64,000 bases of DNA, from NCBI RefSeq assembly GCF_003991155.1, contig NZ_CP031293.1. The stretch is one strand, 5' to 3'. Positions 42,518 to 51,039 of this stretch are shown in pieces (position 1 is the stretch's first letter; each line of letters starts with the position of its first letter). The position numbers and the translations under genes are program-made. The stretch comes from Escherichia coli (lineage in GTDB: Bacteria; Pseudomonadota; Gammaproteobacteria; Enterobacterales; Enterobacteriaceae). The notes under the pieces were generated by a model, which did no database searches, was not told the origin of the DNA, and saw only the letters and a list, made by a program, of their open reading frames with translations.

Positions 42518-43288
42518 ATGTTACGTATTGCGGACAAAACGTTTGATTCACATCTGTTTACCGGCACAGGGAAATTCGCCTCTTCACAACTGATGATGGA
42601 GGCGATCCGCGCTTCCGGCAGCCAGCTGGTGACACTGGCGATGAAACGCGTCAACTTGCGCCAGCACAACGACGCTATCCTCGAACCGCTTATCGCGGCG
42701 GGTGTGACCCTGCTGCCAAATACATCCGGGGCGAAAACAGCGGAAGAAGCCATTTTCGCTGCCCATCTGGCTCGTGAAGCGTTAGGCACAAACTGGCTAA
42801 AATTAGAGATTCACCCTGACGCCCGCTGGCTGTTGCCCGATCCCATCGAAACCCTGAAAGCTGCCGAAACGCTGGTACAACAGGGATTTGTCGTGCTGCC
42901 TTACTGCGGGGCCGATCCGGTATTGTGTAAACGTATGGAAGAAGTCGGCTGTGCAGCGGTGATGCCGCTCGGCGCGCCGATTGGCTCGAATCAGGGACTG
43001 GAAACCCGTGCCATGCTGGAGATTATTATCCAGCAAGCCACGGTTCCGGTGGTTGTCGATGCTGGCATCGGCGTTCCCAGCCATGCCGCGCAGGCGCTGG
43101 AAATGGGGGCCGACGCGGTGTTAGTGAATACGGCGATTGCCGTCGCGGACGATCCCGTCAACATGGCGAAGGCATTTCGTCTGGCAGTAGAAGCAGGCCT
43201 GCTGGCACGTCAGTCCGGACCGGGCAGCCGCAGTCATTTTGCTCATGCCACCAGCCCGCTGACCGGATTTCTGGAGGCATCTGCATGA
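42518..43288 (+). CDS. thiG: Thiazole synthase
   Basis: ORF 42407-43288; start ATG 42518 ([20 protein letters not shown]); 256 aa. Confidence 0.9.
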   Translation: MLRIADKTFDSHLFTGTGKFASSQLMMEAIRASGSQLVTLAMKRVNLRQHNDAILEPLIAAGVTLLPNTSGAKTAEEAIFAAHLAREALGTNWLKLEIHPDARWLLPDPIETLKAAETLVQQGFVVLPYCGADPVLCKRMEEVGCAAVMPLGAPIGSNQGLETRAMLEIIIQQATVPVVVDAGIGVPSHAAQALEMGADAVLVNTAIAVADDPVNMAKAFRLAVEAGLLARQSGPGSRSHFAHATSPLTGFLEASA

Positions 43289-44418
43289 AAACCTTCAGCG
43301 ATCGCTGGCGACAACTGGACTGGGACGACATCCGCCTGCGTATCAACGGCAAAACGGCTGCTGACGTAGAGCGGGCGCTAAATGCCTCGCAACTCACCCG
43401 CGACGACATGATGGCATTGCTATCACCCGCCGCCAGTGGCTATCTGGAACCACTGGCCCAGCGAGCGCAGCGTCTGACCCGTCAGCGATTTGGCAACACA
43501 GTTAGTTTCTACGTCCCGCTTTATCTTTCCAATCTTTGCGCTAACGACTGCACGTACTGCGGATTTTCCATGAGCAATCGCATCAAGCGCAAAACACTGG
43601 ATGAAGCGGATATTGCCAGGGAAAGCGCCGCTATACGGGAGATGGGCTTTGAACATCTGCTTTTAGTCACTGGTGAACATCAGGCGAAAGTGGGGATGGA
43701 TTACTTTCGTCGTCATCTCCCTGCCCTGCGTGAACAGTTCTCTTCACTACAGATGGAAGTGCAACCGCTGGCGGAGGCGGAATATGCCGAGCTAAAACAG
43801 CTGGGTCTCGATGGCGTGATGGTTTATCAGGAGACATATCACGAGGCGACTTATGCCCGCCATCATCTGAAAGGCAAAAAACAGGACTTCTTCTGGCGGC
43901 TGGAAACGCCGGATCGGCTGGGCCGTGCGGGGATTGATAAGATAGGCCTCGGCGCGCTAATTGGCCTTTCCGACAGCTGGCGCGTTGACTGCTATATGGT
44001 TGCAGAACATTTGCTATGGCTGCAACAGCATTACTGGCAAAGCCGCTACTCTGTCTCCTTCCCACGCCTGCGTCCATGTACTGGCGGCATTGAGCCTGCG
44101 TCGATTATGGATGAACGCCAGTTAGTGCAAACCATCTGCGCCTTCCGGCTGCTTGCACCGGAGATTGAACTGTCACTCTCCACGCGGGAATCACCGTGGT
44201 TTCGCGATCGCGTGATTCCGCTGGCAATTAATAACGTCAGCGCTTTTTCGAAAACGCAGCCAGGTGGCTATGCCGACAATCACCCCGAGCTGGAACAGTT
44301 CTCACCACACGACGATCGCAGGCCGGAAGCGGTTGCTGCCGCGTTAACCGCTCAGGGTTTGCAGCCGGTATGGAAAGACTGGGACAGCTATCTGGGACGC
44401 GCCTCGCAAAGGCCATGA
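43285..44418 (+). CDS. thiH: 2-iminoacetate synthase (radical SAM tyrosine lyase)
   Basis: 377 aa; radical-SAM CNDCTYC motif; start overlaps thiG stop (ATGA). Confidence 0.9.
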   Translation: MKTFSDRWRQLDWDDIRLRINGKTAADVERALNASQLTRDDMMALLSPAASGYLEPLAQRAQRLTRQRFGNTVSFYVPLYLSNLCANDCTYCGFSMSNRIKRKTLDEADIARESAAIREMGFEHLLLVTGEHQAKVGMDYFRRHLPALREQFSSLQMEVQPLAEAEYAELKQLGLDGVMVYQETYHEATYARHHLKGKKQDFFWRLETPDRLGRAGIDKIGLGALIGLSDSWRVDCYMVAEHLLWLQQHYWQSRYSVSFPRLRPCTGGIEPASIMDERQLVQTICAFRLLAPEIELSLSTRESPWFRDRVIPLAINNVSAFSKTQPGGYADNHPELEQFSPHDDRRPEAVAAALTAQGLQPVWKDWDSYLGRASQRP

Positions 44419-44530
44419 GACAGAATGTAAGAACGTAAATTTATTCCGAGCCGCTACGGAAGATGAAAAACGCAAGGTTGTTGAAAGCGTTGTGTTTTTT
44501 TATGGTAGTGCCGTCAGCAGGAATGTTGTC

Positions 44531-44571
44531 CAGGGCGAAAAGCTTCTTCCTCGTTTCGCCCTGCCTTTCTT
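44531..44571 (+). terminator. Candidate terminator of thi operon
   Basis: Hairpin CAGGGCGAAA...TTTCGCCCTG followed by CCTTTCTT. Confidence 0.45.
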
Positions 44572-44735
44572 AAAATAACGTCTCAGTACGCTATTTCATG
44601 ATTGCCCGCAAAAATATTCATTAATATTTCTATTGTTTTAACAAAGAAGGCACAAGGCTTTAATTGCAAAGCAAGATCGCCGTCAAAACAAGAGTGTGCA
44701 ATAACCGGTTATAATAATTCCACCCTCACCAAAAT

Positions 44736-45386
44736 ATGGTCCAGAACATCATGTCAGCTTACCTAAAAAAAGCGTTATCGATTCATAGTGATGAATTTCG
44801 CCCATACGGAAACGTAATTTCTGCAATAAATGTAGATTCATTGCTTAAATACCTTAAAGAGGAAATTTCTGTACCTGAGGATCAGGTGGCATATGTCAGA
44901 AGCGATGAGCGCTTAAAGCAATACCCCGCCGTGAGCGACATTCAGCGCCAAATCTACGGTGGAATGCCCGTTCAGGCTGGGTACGTTTGTGGGGTAAATA
45001 CCACCCAGGATGGCTTTGAATATCACCAGGGAAGTGAAGTCATTATCGCCGCCAGCGATTTTTTCCTGTTTTTAGGTAAACGAGAGTTGATGCAGGGTGA
45101 CACGTTTAATGGTGAACGTGCAGAGCCGTTTTTCATTCCGGCAAAATCGGTGATTGAACTTTATAGCACAACGCTACATTACTGCCCTATGAGTATCAAT
45201 GCACAACCTTTTAGTGCAGCGATTATTCTTCTTGATGGAACTAATGAAGATATTGATGGCAAGAATAAACCAACAATATTAAGCAAGCGAAATACCTGGT
45301 TTATCGCCCATGAAAGTTTCACTGAGCATCCTTGCCCATTATTAAAAGGGCCGCATCTTTGCGTGAATGATATTATTCATGGGTGA
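44736..45386 (+). CDS. Cupin-fold protein of unknown function (accessory)
   Basis: 216 aa; cupin-like motifs (G..EYHQGSEV..., ...TTLHYCP...); AT-rich; alternative start ATG 44751 (MSAYLKK); no strong SD. Confidence 0.45.
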   Translation: MVQNIMSAYLKKALSIHSDEFRPYGNVISAINVDSLLKYLKEEISVPEDQVAYVRSDERLKQYPAVSDIQRQIYGGMPVQAGYVCGVNTTQDGFEYHQGSEVIIAASDFFLFLGKRELMQGDTFNGERAEPFFIPAKSVIELYSTTLHYCPMSINAQPFSAAIILLDGTNEDIDGKNKPTILSKRNTWFIAHESFTEHPCPLLKGPHLCVNDIIHG

Positions 45387-45390
45387 AAAT

Positions 45391-45410
45391 GGCGAAGATT
45401 TCTCTTCGCC
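45391..45410. terminator. Bidirectional hairpin terminator between convergent genes
   Basis: GGCGAAGA-tttc-TCTTCGCC perfect stem with T-rich flanks on both strands, between stops at 45386 and 45417. Confidence 0.5.
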
Positions 45411-45416
45411 TGTTCT

Positions 45417-48071
45417 TTACCCGGCAATTACCGCCACGCTGTCTTTTGTTCGCACGCGTGGTGGCATGGTCAGACCGCAGCGATCCCACTCATTCCCCTG
45501 CCATGCACTCGCAAAATAATAATGATTCGCTGCCGATGGGTAGACCACGACCGCCAGTTCATTACGCTTTTTTAGTAAAGACTGTGGCAAGGTGAAACGA
45601 TATTCCGGCCAGCCCTTTTCGGCAATTAACGTATCGTTAAGCCAGATAGCAACGCTTCCCTGCACTTGCGGTAAATAAAGCTCAATATCGTCGGTAATCG
45701 TCTCCAGCGCAAAGCGTAACTGATAATGTCCCGGACCACACCACGTCTCCATCCCCTGCTGCTCCCACCCTTTTGTTACCTCAACGGGTCGGGAAACGTT
45801 ATCAACCAGCAGTTGCCAGTGCTTATCCAGCACCACCTCGTGGCGACTTTCCACTACCTGCAATGAAAAGCAACGGGCCTGCCAGGGCTCGATTTGTAGC
45901 GGATAACTTCCCGTGAGATGCTCTTCCAGCACTGAAACCTCTCCCGTTGCAAGATGCCACTCCGACAACTGCCCACTGAGGCCCGGAAAATGTAGCCAGC
46001 CGTAGAGCGGGGTATCTCCGTCGTTAAATACGCTGACGTAACGCGATGTTTCATCCTGGGTAATTCGCGTCCAGACGGCAGTTTTCCGGGAGGGATAGTC
46101 AACAAAGGGGTGATCGTTTTTCAGCGTGTCGGCTAACGTGCTGCACTGCGGTTGCGCCTCAATCAGTTTTTGCAGCCTTTCGGTGAGAGAACGATCTTCA
46201 CCTTTTTCCTCGCTATATGCCGCAAGCTCGCCGGCGATCAGAAGCTGGCCACCAGCGGCGACAAAGTGCTCCAGTTGGCTCAGCGTGGCGGCTGATTTCA
46301 CCACCTTAACGTCCGCTAACAGAAGCGCAGGGAAATTCATGCCGTTAATGCGCGTTCCATCAGCCTGGAGCAAATTCTCTTCATCAATAAAGAAATATTC
46401 AAATCCCTGAGCGCTGAGTTGTTTTGCCCAATATTCGCCTGACTGCCCTTCGTTGCCATCCACGCCACAGTGCCAGAAAGTCCGTTTGGGATAGAGTACG
46501 CCAACATCAACGTACGGCTCTCCCTGCTCAAGAAATTCGGCAAGGCGACCAGATTCCTGAGCAAACCCAGCGTGGAAGGCGTACCAGGGCTGGAAGTTAA
46601 CGCCCGGCGCAAAATCAAAACGCGGGTTACTTAATACGTCGTCATTTGCCTCGCCATCCGTCAGCCAGAACGCGTGCATCAAAAATTGCCGCGCACCGAG
46701 GAGGTGATGGCGCAATGCCTGCAACCGGATGTCATGCAGTGAAATTTCCCACTGCCCGGCAGCAAAATGTGTGCATGGCTTCACCCGCGCATAATATTGC
46801 TCAACAATGCACCCTTTACGCCCATGAGCGCGCGCCACAGAGTCGCCAACCTTCGCCGCCATCTGCGGCTCGCTATTTCGCGAATCGACAGCCGTAATAT
46901 CCCGCCAGCCATCGAGAGCAAAGTAATCCATAGCAAAATTACACCGGTTATCTTCGGTGATGATTTTACTGGCGAAATTCCAGCTACTAACGTGACCTAA
47001 TACTTCATGACCACTTAGCTGTATTCCCCGCTGGTGCGCCCATTCTGACAACGTACCAAAAAAGGCCTGCATCGCCTGGCTGGAATAACAGGAAAGCAGC
47101 TCACAGCGCCGACGTGCGGTACGACTGCCAATGTCCATAACTAACGACATCAGGTTTTCTGCCAGGCAGTAAGGTGCCTGTTGCAATGCATCAACAAACC
47201 TTTTTTCATACATTAAGGAGGATTTGACCGCGCCAGTATGTTCATTCCATTGCCAGAAACAGGCGTGTGGCTGGTCGAAAAAGAGATACGCCACCGTCTT
47301 ACCAAAATGATCGCCAAAAGCGCGGGCGTAAGGTTCATAGCCGACACGAATAAAATTTTCTGCCGCTTCGGGCATCAGGTAATTAATCATCCGTGAGGTC
47401 AAGCAACGCGCCGCGGCAAAGAGCGTCACTACCGTTTCCGCACCCCAGGGCAGGTCGCTTCCCGTAAAGGTGACCTCAAATTCCTCTGTGGTTGCTTTGG
47501 TGATGCGGGCCAATGAAGAAACATCAACAATTTCATCTGCATTGCACTCCCCTGATGAAGAGGTGGCATACGCTGCGACAATTTCCCATTCATCCCACGC
47601 CGGTTTACCGCCAGCAAAAATCCACTCCATTCCACACTGCTGTAGCGCCTGCGCATCCGCAGAGCGGATCCCGGAAAGGTGACATGTCAGTACATCTGCA
47701 GACCGGCTGGACTGGCTCCAGAAAAGATGGCGCTCACGCAGCTCATCTCTCCCTTCAACGGTCCTTCCCCCGGCGTGCCCGGAAAGCCAGTTGTAATCAT
47801 CGTAGATGCCCATCATCAGCCCAATATTGGCAGCTTTATCAGCCGTGTAGCGACAGGCTGCCAGCCACTCCTCACTGAGATAACTCTCCAGCGGAAGACT
47901 CAGACGTGCGGCTATCTGAAATGAACCATACCCTCCCGCCTGCAGTTGCCTCAGTTGGCTGTCGATCTGCTTTTTGTCCGGAATGGTATGCCAGAACCAG
48001 TAGGTTGCAGGCAGGTGCCATACATCAGGATTTTTAAAGTTTTGGCGTGCCTGTGCTAACGAATCATTCAT
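45417..48071 (-). CDS. Large cytoplasmic hydrolase-like enzyme, probable glycoside hydrolase with C-terminal beta-sandwich; family unassigned (accessory)
   Basis: ORF 45417-48104; preferred start ATG 48071 (MNDSLAQARQNF) preceded by AAGGGGGA and overlapping upstream permease stop; 884 aa; no signal peptide; aromatic-rich N-terminal region. Confidence 0.55.
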   Translation of the reverse strand: MNDSLAQARQNFKNPDVWHLPATYWFWHTIPDKKQIDSQLRQLQAGGYGSFQIAARLSLPLESYLSEEWLAACRYTADKAANIGLMMGIYDDYNWLSGHAGGRTVEGRDELRERHLFWSQSSRSADVLTCHLSGIRSADAQALQQCGMEWIFAGGKPAWDEWEIVAAYATSSSGECNADEIVDVSSLARITKATTEEFEVTFTGSDLPWGAETVVTLFAAARCLTSRMINYLMPEAAENFIRVGYEPYARAFGDHFGKTVAYLFFDQPHACFWQWNEHTGAVKSSLMYEKRFVDALQQAPYCLAENLMSLVMDIGSRTARRRCELLSCYSSQAMQAFFGTLSEWAHQRGIQLSGHEVLGHVSSWNFASKIITEDNRCNFAMDYFALDGWRDITAVDSRNSEPQMAAKVGDSVARAHGRKGCIVEQYYARVKPCTHFAAGQWEISLHDIRLQALRHHLLGARQFLMHAFWLTDGEANDDVLSNPRFDFAPGVNFQPWYAFHAGFAQESGRLAEFLEQGEPYVDVGVLYPKRTFWHCGVDGNEGQSGEYWAKQLSAQGFEYFFIDEENLLQADGTRINGMNFPALLLADVKVVKSAATLSQLEHFVAAGGQLLIAGELAAYSEEKGEDRSLTERLQKLIEAQPQCSTLADTLKNDHPFVDYPSRKTAVWTRITQDETSRYVSVFNDGDTPLYGWLHFPGLSGQLSEWHLATGEVSVLEEHLTGSYPLQIEPWQARCFSLQVVESRHEVVLDKHWQLLVDNVSRPVEVTKGWEQQGMETWCGPGHYQLRFALETITDDIELYLPQVQGSVAIWLNDTLIAEKGWPEYRFTLPQSLLKKRNELAVVVYPSAANHYYFASAWQGNEWDRCGLTMPPRVRTKDSVAVIAG

Positions 48072-49563
48072 GGCTTTCCCCCTTCTTAATCGGCGGAACA
48101 TCACAATGACAAATGTATGTCAAAATGGCATACAGCGCCGCGCCCACCAGCATCGCCACCACTACGCCAATATTTGCTGTCGCAAACACGCTGGTTTTGG
48201 TTTCTGCCGTCAGTAAGAAGCCGACCAGGTGAGCAATCCACGGATCGCCTGAGGTGATGGTTCCCATGCCGATAACCGATGCAACAAACAGCGATAATAA
48301 TGCCGTCCAGCGACCGTTACGCCCGCCAAGCCCCGCGGGCTGCGCCATATCAGTGTTCCAGTGCAAGCGTTTTTGCCGGGCAAAGTCGACAAGCTGGATT
48401 GCGCCCATCGATCCCAATACGACGGATACCGTTGCCAGAAAAGACTGAAAGGTTGCGAGGAACGAGTCAGAAACAAACAATAAGTAGAAGGCACCGAATG
48501 CGATAATGACCGCATTGATAGCAGTGGTGGTTGAACGACTGGCTGGAACGCCCATTGCCAGCAATGCGAGGCCTGAGCTGTAAACACCTGTAATGGCTGC
48601 CGCCAGCAGGGAGATGATGATCACGATTGAAAACGGCACATAGAACCAAAACGGCAGGAACGAGGTTAAGGCCGCAATCGGTTCGGACGCTGCTGCTCCG
48701 CTCAGTTCCGGGTTACTGTCGGCCAGCAGGGCACCTAAAATCAGCAGGATGGAAACCGGAAGCGAAATCCCAAGCGACGTCCAGAAAATCACTTTCCCGG
48801 CAGCGGTTTTGCGCGGCAGGTAACGGGCGAAATCACCGCCATAGTTGAGAAAGCCCAGCCCAACCATCGTCATTGCCATCACCATGCCGCCGATAAACGT
48901 TAAAAATCCGGCATCGGGAGCAGCACCCGCCTGCGACCAGTGAATATGTGGCAGGATCAGGATAATAAAGATGATGCTCATTCCGCCCGTTAACCATGCA
49001 ATATACTTTTCTACCTTCATGATGAGCTGGTGGCCGTAGATGGCAACGGACATAGTCAATACTAAGGTCACCACGAACCAGCCCAACAGGCACCCTAAGG
49101 TAGGGTGACCGTTTTCTGCTGCAAATACGGTTGGCCATAACCGGGCAAAGAGGGCGGCGCCAGTGGTCGAGGACAACGTAATAATGGTGATTTTCCAGCC
49201 CATATTGGAAATATAGGCAAATAAAGTGGGGATCTTATTCCCATGATAACCAAAGGCAAATCGGGTCTGCGTTAAGGTAGGCAGCCCGGTGCGTGGCCCA
49301 CCAACGGCCAGAACCCCCACCAGCGTGCTGGATAAAAAATAGCCCACGACACCGGCAACAATCGCCTGCCAGAGGCTTAACCCCAGTGAGTAAACATAAA
49401 TCCCATAGGTAATACCGAGGATGGATACATTCCATGAAAACCAGATCGGGAAAAGTCCGGCAGGCGAACCATAACGTTCGTTATCACTAACCGGGTTTAC
49501 CCCATTGGTTTCCACCTTCATCGTACCTGAAACATCAGATGGGTTCTGGGCTTGGCTCGTCAT
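48064..49563 (-). CDS. NCS1-type (nucleobase/nucleoside/vitamin cation symporter-like) permease (accessory)
   Basis: ORF 48064-49755; preferred start ATG 49563 (MTSQAQNPSD) preceded by GAGAGGA; 499 aa, about 12 TM; N-terminal P..ER...F..WFS.N motif resembling NCS1 family. Confidence 0.55.
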   Translation of the reverse strand: MTSQAQNPSDVSGTMKVETNGVNPVSDNERYGSPAGLFPIWFSWNVSILGITYGIYVYSLGLSLWQAIVAGVVGYFLSSTLVGVLAVGGPRTGLPTLTQTRFAFGYHGNKIPTLFAYISNMGWKITIITLSSTTGAALFARLWPTVFAAENGHPTLGCLLGWFVVTLVLTMSVAIYGHQLIMKVEKYIAWLTGGMSIIFIILILPHIHWSQAGAAPDAGFLTFIGGMVMAMTMVGLGFLNYGGDFARYLPRKTAAGKVIFWTSLGISLPVSILLILGALLADSNPELSGAAASEPIAALTSFLPFWFYVPFSIVIIISLLAAAITGVYSSGLALLAMGVPASRSTTTAINAVIIAFGAFYLLFVSDSFLATFQSFLATVSVVLGSMGAIQLVDFARQKRLHWNTDMAQPAGLGGRNGRWTALLSLFVASVIGMGTITSGDPWIAHLVGFLLTAETKTSVFATANIGVVVAMLVGAALYAILTYICHCDVPPIKKGESHE

Positions 49564-49564
49564 T

Positions 49565-50782
49565 TTATTTCCTCTCATATTGAGCAAGACGTGATAGTAC
49601 GGCTTCATACTCAGGCATGTTCGATGCGCCTTCCCGCTCGACCGCCAGAGAAGCAAACGCAGAGGCAAATTTTGCTGCACTGAGCAACGGCTGGCCCTGC
49701 GCAATCGCCGCAGCAAACGCACCGTTAAACGCATCCCCCGCACCGGTGGTGTCAATACTTACTGCTTTTAACGCTGGAATATGGGTAAATTGTTCACCGT
49801 CATAAATCAGCGCCCCTTGAGAACCCATCGTAATAATGATGTTTTTTGCCCCCAGGGATTTTATGGTTTGCGCCGCTTCTTTCGCACTCTCGATATCATT
49901 AATCTCGACACCGGACATCAGCGACGCTTCTGTTTCATTCGGTGTCAGATAATCAACATATTGCAGGCATTCTTTTGCCTGGTCAGAATAAGGGGCTGGG
50001 TTAAGGATAGTTTTCACGCCCGACCGATGTGCCATATTTAGTGCCAGCGTGGTTGCTTCAAAGTTATTTTCCAACTGTGTCAAAAATATTTTGGCGTCCG
50101 TCAACTCACCCGCAATACTGGCAACTTCCGCTTCAGTGATATATTGATTGGCGCCAGAATAAATCGCGATCTTGTTTTCACCAGCAGGCTCCGAAACATA
50201 TATTATGGCGCTTCCTGTTTTATGCTCTTCGTCCTGGTAGAGGGTAAAGCTGCGGATATCGGATGAAGAGAGATGATCATGCGCCATCTGGCCGAAATGG
50301 TCGTTGCCAACTTTGCCGACGAAGTGTACCTGGACGGGACATTTGCTGGCTGCCATCGCCTGGTTTGCGCCCTTGCCGCCAGGTCCAATGATGGTATTGC
50401 TGGCAAGAATTGATTCGCCGCTTTTAGGGAAGCGATCAACTTTGGCAATAATATCGACATTAAAAGATCCTAATATACAAACTTTGCTTATCATTATTTT
50501 CCCTTTTTTGTTTGTCATCGAGTTTTTTCGCCAGTTGACCTGATTGAGGAACTTTTCAATAGAGGTACCAACGTTATTAACGGGCTGAGAATGGAAAATC
50601 CGACGCAATATTATTGCTCCGCCGTGACAACGCTCAACACCCCCTTGCTCCGCTAATAAATTTAAATCATTACGGATCGTTTCTTTACTGACAGAGAATA
50701 AGATGGCGAGTTGATTAACCGTAGCCCGCTCATGTTTATTCAAATATGCCAATATTTGACGTTGTCTTTCTTTCCCAAACAT
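49565..50782 (-). CDS. Fusion protein: N-terminal DeoR-type HTH domain + PfkB-family ribokinase-like sugar kinase (accessory)
   Basis: 405 aa; N-terminal RQILAYLNKHERATVNQLAILFSVSKETIRNDL (DeoR HTH); kinase motifs GPGGKGANQA, NPAP, TPNETEA and DTTGAGDAFNGA collinear with RbsK; SD GAGGTGA before ATG 50782. Confidence 0.7.
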   Translation of the reverse strand: MFGKERQRQILAYLNKHERATVNQLAILFSVSKETIRNDLNLLAEQGGVERCHGGAIILRRIFHSQPVNNVGTSIEKFLNQVNWRKNSMTNKKGKIMISKVCILGSFNVDIIAKVDRFPKSGESILASNTIIGPGGKGANQAMAASKCPVQVHFVGKVGNDHFGQMAHDHLSSSDIRSFTLYQDEEHKTGSAIIYVSEPAGENKIAIYSGANQYITEAEVASIAGELTDAKIFLTQLENNFEATTLALNMAHRSGVKTILNPAPYSDQAKECLQYVDYLTPNETEASLMSGVEINDIESAKEAAQTIKSLGAKNIIITMGSQGALIYDGEQFTHIPALKAVSIDTTGAGDAFNGAFAAAIAQGQPLLSAAKFASAFASLAVEREGASNMPEYEAVLSRLAQYERK

Positions 50783-50985
50783 GATTTCACCTCACGTAAC
50801 ATTTATATCTTTTGTAATTTTCTGATTCCATGAATCCTTTCACACTACCATCACGAAAACAAAAACAAACGGGAATTTTTGGAGGAAAGGTTTTTTTATT
50901 CAATGGGATAGTGAGAGGGGAATGTTGTTTTGAAAAAACACTCCCGAAAAATGCGTGGGAAAGCGCTTTCAATCGTAAACGGAAT

Positions 50986-51020
50986 GCAAAAAAAAGCCAG
51001 TCAGTGTGACCTGACTGGCT
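50986..51020 (-). terminator. Rho-independent terminator of rpoC
   Basis: Minus-strand hairpin GCCAGTCAGGTCACACTGACTGGC followed by TTTTTTTT. Confidence 0.8.
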
Positions 51021-51039
51021 TATTTCTTAAGAAGAGCGA

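Noticed and set aside
50787-50972. 61-aa minus-strand ORF upstream of the kinase-regulator gene
   Set aside because: It lies in the AT-rich promoter/leader region, partly overlaps the rpoC terminator flank, has no SD and an implausible composition; treated as non-coding.
44419-51039. Searched the island borders and the other insertions for integrase/transposase genes, IS inverted repeats, tRNA-adjacent att sites or CRISPR-like direct repeat arrays
   Set aside because: None seen. No ORF resembles a recombinase and no regularly spaced repeats occur anywhere in the window, so no mobile element or CRISPR array is reported.
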